DNA of 64,000 nucleotides from Escherichia coli (GTDB lineage Bacteria; Pseudomonadota; Gammaproteobacteria; Enterobacterales; Enterobacteriaceae): NCBI RefSeq assembly GCF_002854065.1, contig NZ_CP024147.1; one strand, 5' to 3'. Shown piece by piece: positions 56,182 to 64,000 of this stretch (position 1 is its first letter; each line of letters starts with the position of its first letter). The notes under the pieces were generated by a model. It saw only the letters and a program-made list of their open reading frames with translations, ran no database searches and was not told where the DNA came from. The position numbers and the translations under genes were made by a program.

Positions 56182-58023
56182 TCAACGCAGTACCATCAAC
56201 AGTGCCAGCACCACGACCGCACCGATGCTCATGGATGCCACATACCAGCGCAGATAACCGTTCTCGCTTAACAGCAGGCCTTTACCTGCAAAGCGGGAAA
56301 GAACCGCCGGAATGTTCATCATTGAGTTCAGCGGATCGCGTTTCAGCAACCAGGCAATACCCAGGAACGGCTTGACGAACACTTTGTCGTACAGCCAGTC
56401 AAAGCCCCAGGCGTTGTACCACCAGGTGCCCAGCAGACGGCCCGGCGCACTGTTGGCGATGGAGGTCACCAGAGTACGTTTACCCAGCCACAGCCAGGCT
56501 GCCAGCAGAATGCCGACCACCGCGACCACGCCAGAGGTAATTTCCAGGGTCAACATGCTGCCGTGCGCCAGTTCCGTCGTTTGCGGAAGCACGCCCTGCA
56601 GCGGCGGTACAATCAGTGCGCCAACGAAGGTGGAAAGGATCAGCAGCACAATCAGCGGCAGGCTGTGAGTTACCCCTTTCACGGTGTGAGCGTGAATTTG
56701 TTCTTTTCCGTGGAAGACGATGAAAATCATACGGAAGGTGTAGAGCGAGGTCATAAACGCACCGACCAGACCTGCCACCATCAGATTGATATGACCATTC
56801 GCCATCGCACCCGCGAGGATCTCATCCTTACTGAAGAAGCCCGCAGTGACCAGCGGCAGTGCCGACAGTGCTGCGCCGCCCACCAGGAAGCAGAGATAAA
56901 CCAGCGGAATAGATTTACGCAGACCGCCCATCTTGAAGATGTTCTGTTCGTGATGGCAGGCCAGAATGACGGAACCGGATGCCAGGAACAGCAGCGCTTT
57001 AAAGAACGCGTGGGTCATCAAGTGAAAAATCGCCGCATCCCATGCCTGCACGCCAAGCGCGAGGAACATGTAGCCAATCTGGCTCATGGTAGAGTAAGCG
57101 AGAACACGTTTGATGTCGGTCTGTACCAGCGCGGCAAAACCGGCCAGCAGCAGCGTAACCGCCCCGACAATACCCACCAGATGCAGAACTTCCGGCGTCA
57201 TCAGGAACAGGCCGTGGGTACGGGCGATCAGGTAGACACCCGCGGTTACCATCGTTGCGGCGTGGATCAGCGCGGAGACAGGCGTCGGGCCCGCCATCGC
57301 GTCGGCAAGCCATGTCTGCAACGGCAACTGCGCAGATTTACCGACCGCACCGCCCAGCAGCATCAGCGTCGCCCACATCAGCATGTTATTGCCGTCAGCA
57401 AAGTGCGCTGGTGCCAGTTCCACCATTTCGCGGAAGTTCAGGGTGCCCAGTTCGTTGTAAAGAATGAACAGTGCGAAAGCGAGGAAAACGTCACCCACAC
57501 GGGTCACGACGAACGCTTTCATTGCCGCTGCGCCATTCTTCGGATCGGTGTAATAGAAACCGATCAGCAGATAGGAGCACAGGCCCACGCCTTCCCAGCC
57601 GAGGTACATCAGCAGCAGGTTGTCGGCAAGCACCAGAACTACCATGCTGGCGATGAACAGGTTGGTGTAGGCGAAGAAGCGAGAGTAGCCCTCTTCACCA
57701 CGCATATACCAGGAGGCGTACATGTGAATAAGGAAACCCACACCAGTGACCACCGAGAGCATGGTCAGCGACAGGCCGTCCAGCACCAGGTTAAAACCGA
57801 TGTTAAAGTCGCCTACTGACATCCACGTCCACAGCGGCTGGCTGTAAGCCTGCTCGCCGTTAGCGAAGAAGTCGACGCCAATAAAGGCGGTTACCAGCGC
57901 CGCTAGGCCCACAGAGCCTACGCCGACGATCGCCGAGACGTTTTCAGACCAGCGCCCACGGGAGAACGCCAGCAGGACGAAGCCAATCAATGGCAAAATA
58001 ATGGTTAAGGCAAGCATGTTCAT
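56182..58023 (-). CDS. nuoL: NADH-quinone oxidoreductase subunit L
   Basis: 613 aa. Confidence 0.97.
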
Positions 58024-58322
58024 CCGCGCATCTCACTTACTGAATCGATGTTCAGGTTCTGGCGACGACGGTGAAGTTGCAGCAGCAGCGCAAGGCCGAT
58101 ACTCGCTTCTGCCGCCGCGAGGCTGATGGCGAGAATGTACATCACCTGACCGTCGGTCTGGCCCCAGTAGCTTCCGGCGACCACAAAGGCCAGCGCGGAG
58201 GCGTTAATCATGATTTCCAGACCAATCAGCATAAACAGCAGATTGCGACGGATAACCAGACCGGTTAAGCCAAGAACGAATAAGATTGCCGCGAGGATCA
58301 GTCCATGTTGTAAGGGGATCAT
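58020..58322 (-). CDS. nuoK: NADH-quinone oxidoreductase subunit K
   Basis: 100 aa. Confidence 0.95.
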
Positions 58323-58873
58323 GCGTGCTCCTCCGTTTTTCTTTTCGCGCTGTCGTCTTTACGATTGCTCAGCACTTCACCCGCACGCTCTTCACGACCG
58401 ACGTGGAAGGCCACAACCAGACCCGCGAGCAGCAGCATAGAAGCCAGTTCCACCGCCAGTACGTAAGGCCCGAACAGCGTAATACCCACTGCTTTAGCAC
58501 TGATTGGCGTACCGTCGATACCTTGATCGTTAACACCGAGAATGGCGTAAACAATCACCACCAACATGATGGCTGACAAAATTGCCGGACCAATCCACAC
58601 CTGCGGTTTCAGCCACTGGCGTTCTTGTTCGATTTCTGAACCGCCCAGGTTGAGCATCATCACCACGAACACGAACAGCACCATAATGGCACCCGCGTAG
58701 ACGATAATTTCCAGCGCACCGGCGAAGTAAGCGCCCAGTGAGAAGAACACCCCGGAAATCGCCAGCAGCGAAATAATCAGGTACAGCAGTGCGTGTACCG
58801 GATTGGTATGGGTGATCACTCGCAAGGTCGCAAGTATGGCTATCAGGCCACAGATATAAAAAGCGAACTCCAT
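58319..58873 (-). CDS. nuoJ: NADH-quinone oxidoreductase subunit J
   Basis: 184 aa. Confidence 0.95.
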
Positions 58874-58884
58874 TGCCCCTCTCC

Positions 58885-59427
58885 TTACGGTAACAGGCTC
58901 TTGACGTCGATAGGCTTGGCTTCGTTCTCTGCTTCGCCCTTATCTTTGCCGTCGATTGCCATACCTGCCATCCGGTAGAAGTTATATTCCGGGTATTTGC
59001 CCGGACCGGAGATCAGCAGATCCTCTTTTTCGTAAACCAGATCCTGGCGCTTGTATTCCCCCATTTCGAAATCCGGGGTTAACTGAATCGCCGTGGTCGG
59101 ACAGGCTTCTTCGCACAGACCACAGAAAATGCAGCGTGAGAAGTTGATGCGGAAAAATTCCGGATACCAGCGACCGTCTTTGGTTTCTGCTTTTTGCAGC
59201 GAGATACAGCCGACCGGGCAGGCTACCGCACAGAGGTTACAGGCTACGCAACGCTCTTCGCCATCCGGGTCGCGGGTCAGAACGATACGACCACGATAAC
59301 GGGGCGGCAGATAGACCGGCTCTTCCGGGTACATTCGCGTTTCGCGTTTGGCGAACGCGTGCAGGCCGATCATCCAGATACTACGAACCTGGGTGCCGAA
59401 ACCTACTAACAATTCTTTTAAGGTCAT
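58885..59427 (-). CDS. nuoI: NADH-quinone oxidoreductase subunit I (2x[4Fe-4S] ferredoxin)
   Basis: 180 aa; two CxxCxxCxxxCP motifs. Confidence 0.97.
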
Positions 59428-59441
59428 GGTCTTATTGCCCC

Positions 59442-60419
59442 TTATTGCGCCTGCCAGAGAATGACAGCCGCCGTTACCAGCAAGTTGATCAGCGTCAGCG
59501 GCAGGCAGATTTTCCAGCCGAAGGACATTACCTGGTCATAACGCGGACGCGGTAACGACGCACGAATCAAAATGAACATCATCATAAAGAACGCGGTTTT
59601 CAGCGCGAACCAGATGAATGGCGGTAACAACGGGCCTTGCCAGCCACCGAAGAACAGCGTCACCATCAATGCAGAGATGGTCACAATCCCGATGTACTCA
59701 CCCACGAAGAACAGACCGAACTTCATGCCGGAATATTCAATGTGGTAACCATCCGCCAGTTCCTGCTCGGCTTCCGGCTGGTCAAACGGGTGACGGTGAC
59801 ACACCGCCACGCCCGCGATGGCAAAGGTAATAAAACCAAAGAATTGCGGGATGACGTTCCACACATGCGCCTGGCTGTTGACGATGTCGGTCATGTTGAA
59901 TGAACCGGCTTGCGCCACCACGCCCATCAGGGAAAGCCCGAGGAACACTTCGTAGCTCAGGGTCTGCGCAGAAGCACGCATCGCACCCAGCAGCGAGTAT
60001 TTGTTGTTACTTGACCAGCCCGCAAACAGCACCGCGTAAACCGCCAGACCTGCCATCATCAGGAAGAACAAAATCCCGATGTTCAGGTCGGCAACCACCC
60101 AACCCGGACTGACTGGCACAATTGCAAAGGCCAGCAGCAGCGAGGTAAAGGCAATCATCGGTGCCAGGGTAAAGATGACGCGATCCGAGAATTTCGGGAT
60201 CCAGTCTTCTTTAAAGAACATTTTGATCATGTCCGCAACCAGCTGGAGCGAACCACCCCAGCCAACACGGTTAGGTCCGTAACGGTTCTGGAACAGACCC
60301 AGCAGGCGACGTTCGCCAAAGCTCATGAATGCCCCGCAGGTGACAACCACCAGCAGGATCACCACCGCTTTGAGGATGGTCAGCAGGATCTCAATCAGTT
60401 CCGGTGATATCCAACTCAT
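59442..60419 (-). CDS. nuoH: NADH-quinone oxidoreductase subunit H
   Basis: 325 aa. Confidence 0.97.
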
Positions 60420-63142
60420 TGTTGTGCCTCCTTGAGATCCTCAAGATGCGCGCCAGCCAGCACCGGAGCAATGCCGGACATACCCATCGGCAAGCCCACC
60501 TGCCCTGCCGTCAGTCCTTCGGCGATTTCAACCGGCAGCGTGACCGTGTTGCCATCGTAACTAAAGGAGACGCGTGTACCTGCGTTCACACCTAACTTCG
60601 CGGCATCCGCTGGGTTGAGTTTGATGTACGGCTGCGGCATACGGCTCTGGAAGACCGGAGCACGCTGTGACAATTCATCGCTGCCAAACAGGTGGTAATA
60701 CGGCGCAATACGCCATTTCCCGTCCTGCGGCTGGAAGCGTGCCGGTACGCTGGTGAAGTAATCCAGACCGTTTTCGCTGGTTTCAAACAGACGCACGCCC
60801 GGATCGCCAAAGCGCAGTTTGCCGCCCACTTCGTCCTGGAATTTGTTCCACGCCTGCGGGGAGTTCCAGCCCGGTGCCCAGGCAAACGGCACTTGCGAAC
60901 GGTGTGCGGTCGGCTGGTTGTTACCTTCCATCGAGAAGGTGAACATGGTGTCAATATCCTGCGGCTGACGCGGCTCATGAACGCTGATGTTGGCACGCAT
61001 GGCGGTACGACCGCTGTAACGGTGCGGCTCACGGGCCAGTTTCTGCCCACGAATACGGAATGTCGCATCCGGCGCAGCATCTTTGATACCTGCCAGTTCC
61101 GGAATTTTCGCCACAACAGCGTCAATTACATGGTCGAGCTGCGTCCAGTCCACTTCACGGCTCAGCAGGGTGCTGTGCAGCGAGTGTAACCAGCGCCAGC
61201 TTTCCAGCATGACAGTTTTGCTGTCGTAATAGGCCGGATCGTAAACCTGGAAGAAACGTTGGGCGCGGCCTTCGTTGTTGATCACCGTACCGTCGCTTTC
61301 AGCAAAGCTGGCAGCAGAAAGCACCAAATGGGCGTTTTCCATAATCGCTGTGCGTTGATGGTCAACCACCATCACCAGCGGCGCTTTAGCCAGCGCAGCA
61401 TTCACGCGGGTAGCAGAAGCGTGACGATGCAGATCGTTTTCCAGCACCACCACCGCGTCGGCGCGTCCGGTTTCCAGTTCAGTTAACGCTTCTTCAAGCG
61501 AACCGCCACCCATAATGCCCAGCCCCATGCTGTTTACAGAGCGGGCAATCATGGTGATACCGACGTCAGCGCCGCGACCTTTCAGGGCTTTTGCGACGTT
61601 AGCCGCCGCCTGAATAACTTCGGTGCTACCGGCGTTCGTCCCGGAGATAATCAACGGTTTCTTCGCACCCGCCAGTGCCTGCACGATGACGTCGATTTTG
61701 CTTTGCAGTTCAGGTTCAATACCGTCAACTGCTGGTGCAGAGTTATCCAGCGCATGGGCGATGGCAAAACCTAAACGCGCCTGATCTTCAACCGGTGCGC
61801 GGTAAGTCCACGCCGCGATATCATCCAGACGGGTGTCATCAACGTTGGTAACAAACAGCGGATGCTTCGCACGTTGACCGATGTTGAGGATTGCCGCAAT
61901 CTGCCAGTCAGCCACTTTCTGTGCTGCCGCCATTTCGCGCGCTTTACCTTTCACAGCCTGACGCACTGCCAGTGCGACGCGCGCGCCGGTCTGGGTAACG
62001 TCTTCGCCCAGCACCAGTACAGCATCGTAAGATTCGATTTCGCGCAGAGCAGGAGTATAAATGCCGCCTTCACGCAGTACTTTCAGCGCCAGTTGCAGAC
62101 GTTCCTGCTCACCGTGAGCGATACCGGTGTAGAAGTTTTCTTCGCCCACCAGCTCACGCAGCGCAAAGTTGCTTTCCACGCTGGCGCGCGGAGAACCAAT
62201 GCCGATCACTTTCTTCGACTGACGCAGAATATCTGCTGCGCCCTGCATTGCCTGTTCGGCGTTGAGGGTAATGAAATCATCGCCACGACGCTGTACTGGC
62301 TGACGCGGACGATCTTTCAGGTTGACGTAACCGTAACCGAAACGACCACGGTCGCAGAGGAAGTAGTGGTTTACCGTACCGTTGTAACGGTTTTCGATAC
62401 GACGCAGTTCGCCGTAACGTTCACCGGGGCTGATGTTACAGCCGATGGAACATTGCTGGCAGATGCTCGGCGCAAACTGCATATCCCATTTACGGTTGTA
62501 ACGCTCGGAGTGCGTTTTGTCGGTAAATACGCCGGTCGGGCAAATTTCGACCAGGTTACCGGAAAATTCGCTTTCCAGCGTGCCGTCTTCCGGGCGACCG
62601 AAGTAGACGTTGTCGTGCGCGCCATAAACGCCCAGATCTGTACCGTCAGCGTAATCTTTGTAGTAACGCACGCAGCGGTAGCAGGCGATGCAGCGGTTCA
62701 TTTCGTGAGAGATGAACGGCCCCAAATCCTGATTACGGTGGGTACGTTTGGTGAAACGGTAGCGACGGAAGCTGTGTCCGGTCATCACGGTCATATCCTG
62801 AAGATGGCAGTTACCGCCTTCTTCACATACCGGACAGTCGTGCGGGTGGTTGGTCATTAACCACTCGACCACACTTTCACGGAACTGTTTCGCTTCTTCG
62901 TCGTCAATGGAAATAAAGGTGCCATCGGAAGCCGGTGTCATACAGGACATCACCAGGCGACCACGCGTGTCTTCCGCGTTTTGGTATTGCTTCACCGCAC
63001 ACTGGCGGCAAGCACCGACGCTTCCCAGCGCCGGATGCCAGCAAAAGTAAGGAATATCAAGGCCCAGAGACAGACAAGCTTCCAGCAGGTTGTCCGCTCC
63101 GTTGACCTCGTATTCTTTGCCGTCTACATGAATTGTAGCCAT
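60416..63142 (-). CDS. nuoG: NADH-quinone oxidoreductase subunit G
   Basis: ORF 60416..63148; start placed at [24 protein letters not shown] (908 aa). Confidence 0.97.
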
Positions 63143-63194
63143 TAGCATGCTTCCAGTTTTCTCAGTCAGAGACTGAGCGTTAATCGAAATTCGG

Positions 63195-64000
63195 TTACCA
63201 GCGCTCTTTCAGCAGGTTCGGCTGAATCCCATTAATCAAATGGGTATTGCTGAACGGCTGTTTGATCCCCGCCTCAAATTCTTCGCGGAAATATTTGATG
63301 GCGCTCTGTAACGGCTCCACGGCACCAGGTGCGTGGGCACAGAAAGTTTTACCCGGGCCTAAGAATCGACACAGTTGCTCAAGTGTTTCGATATCGCCCG
63401 GCTGACCTTCGCCACGCTCCAGCGCACGCAGAATTTTCACGCTCCACGGCAGACCGTCGCGGCACGGCGTACACCAGCCGCAAGACTCACGGGCGAAAAA
63501 CTCTTCCAGGTTACGCACCAGCGACACCATGTTGATCTCATGGTCAACCGCCATCGCCAGCGCCGTACCCAGACGGCTTCCCGCTTTACCGATACTTTCG
63601 AATTCCATCGGCAGATCAAGGTGCGCTTCGGTCAGGAAGTCAGTCCCCGCGCCGCCTGGCTGCCAGGCTTTAAATTTCAGACCATCACGCATACCACCGG
63701 CGTAATCTTCGAGGATCTCGCGTGCGGTGGTGCCGAACGGCAGTTCCCACAGTCCCGGATTTTTCACCCGACCGGAGAAGCCCATCAGCTTGGTGCCAGC
63801 ATCTTTACTTTTCGAGATGTTCTGATACCACTCCACGCCGTTAGCGAGGATCGCCGGAACGTTACACAGGGTTTCGACGTTGTTGACACAGGTCGGTTTG
63901 CCCCATACGCCGGAGGTTGCCGGGAAGGGGGGTTTCGAGCGTGGGTTAGCACGACGCCCTTCCAGGGAGTTGATTAACGCTGTTTCTTCCCCGCAGATGT
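63195..64000 (-). CDS. nuoF: NADH-quinone oxidoreductase subunit F (partial; 5' end beyond window end)
   Basis: C-terminal part of NuoF; the track ORF 63195..63836 starts at an internal Met; the frame continues to the window edge. Confidence 0.95.
   Translation of the reverse strand, partial: ICGEETALINSLEGRRANPRSKPPFPATSGVWGKPTCVNNVETLCNVPAILANGVEWYQNISKSKDAGTKLMGFSGRVKNPGLWELPFGTTAREILEDYAGGMRDGLKFKAWQPGGAGTDFLTEAHLDLPMEFESIGKAGSRLGTALAMAVDHEINMVSLVRNLEEFFARESCGWCTPCRDGLPWSVKILRALERGEGQPGDIETLEQLCRFLGPGKTFCAHAPGAVEPLQSAIKYFREEFEAGIKQPFSNTHLINGIQPNLLKERW

Noticed and set aside
54465-57819. 429-aa and 418-aa plus-strand ORFs opposite nuoM and nuoL
   Set aside because: Antisense to well-conserved membrane subunit genes; His/Arg/Gln-rich translations with no domain-like features.
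61862-62860. 332-aa plus-strand ORF opposite nuoG
   Set aside because: Antisense to nuoG; no independent signals.

Overview
This window reads as a contiguous Escherichia coli / Shigella chromosomal segment running from the yfaS-yfaT-yfaA macroglobulin operon through gyrA, ubiG, yfaL, nrdAB-yfaE, inaA, glpTQ/glpACB, rpnB (yfaD), yfaY, yfaZ, nudI, ais, the arnBCADTEF-pmrD polymyxin-resistance locus, menFDHBCE, elaB, elaA, rbn, elaD and yfbM to the nuoN-nuoF part of the NADH dehydrogenase I operon. Gene identities rest on my recognition of the translated ORFs and on synteny recalled from E. coli K-12; no database search was possible, and hand-indexed coordinates of short motifs may be off by 1-2 bp. 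I did not find convincing evidence of a novel multi-gene system. What stands out is lineage-specific remodelling of a core region: an IS1 copy with a 9-bp target duplication between ais and arnB; yfaL broken by a perfect 28-bp tandem duplication; elaD frameshifted in an A8 run; a decayed yfbL remnant with yfbK and yfbNOP apparently absent; the rhm operon apparently absent between rpnB and yfaY; an intact LysR regulator plus divergent MFS transporter where I recall K-12 carrying only a pseudogene; and an rpnB gene with an in-frame internal ribosome-binding site and ATG. IS1 plus at least three decayed genes in 64 kb is consistent with a Shigella/EIEC-like or otherwise decaying lineage, but homopolymer frameshifts could also be assembly errors.
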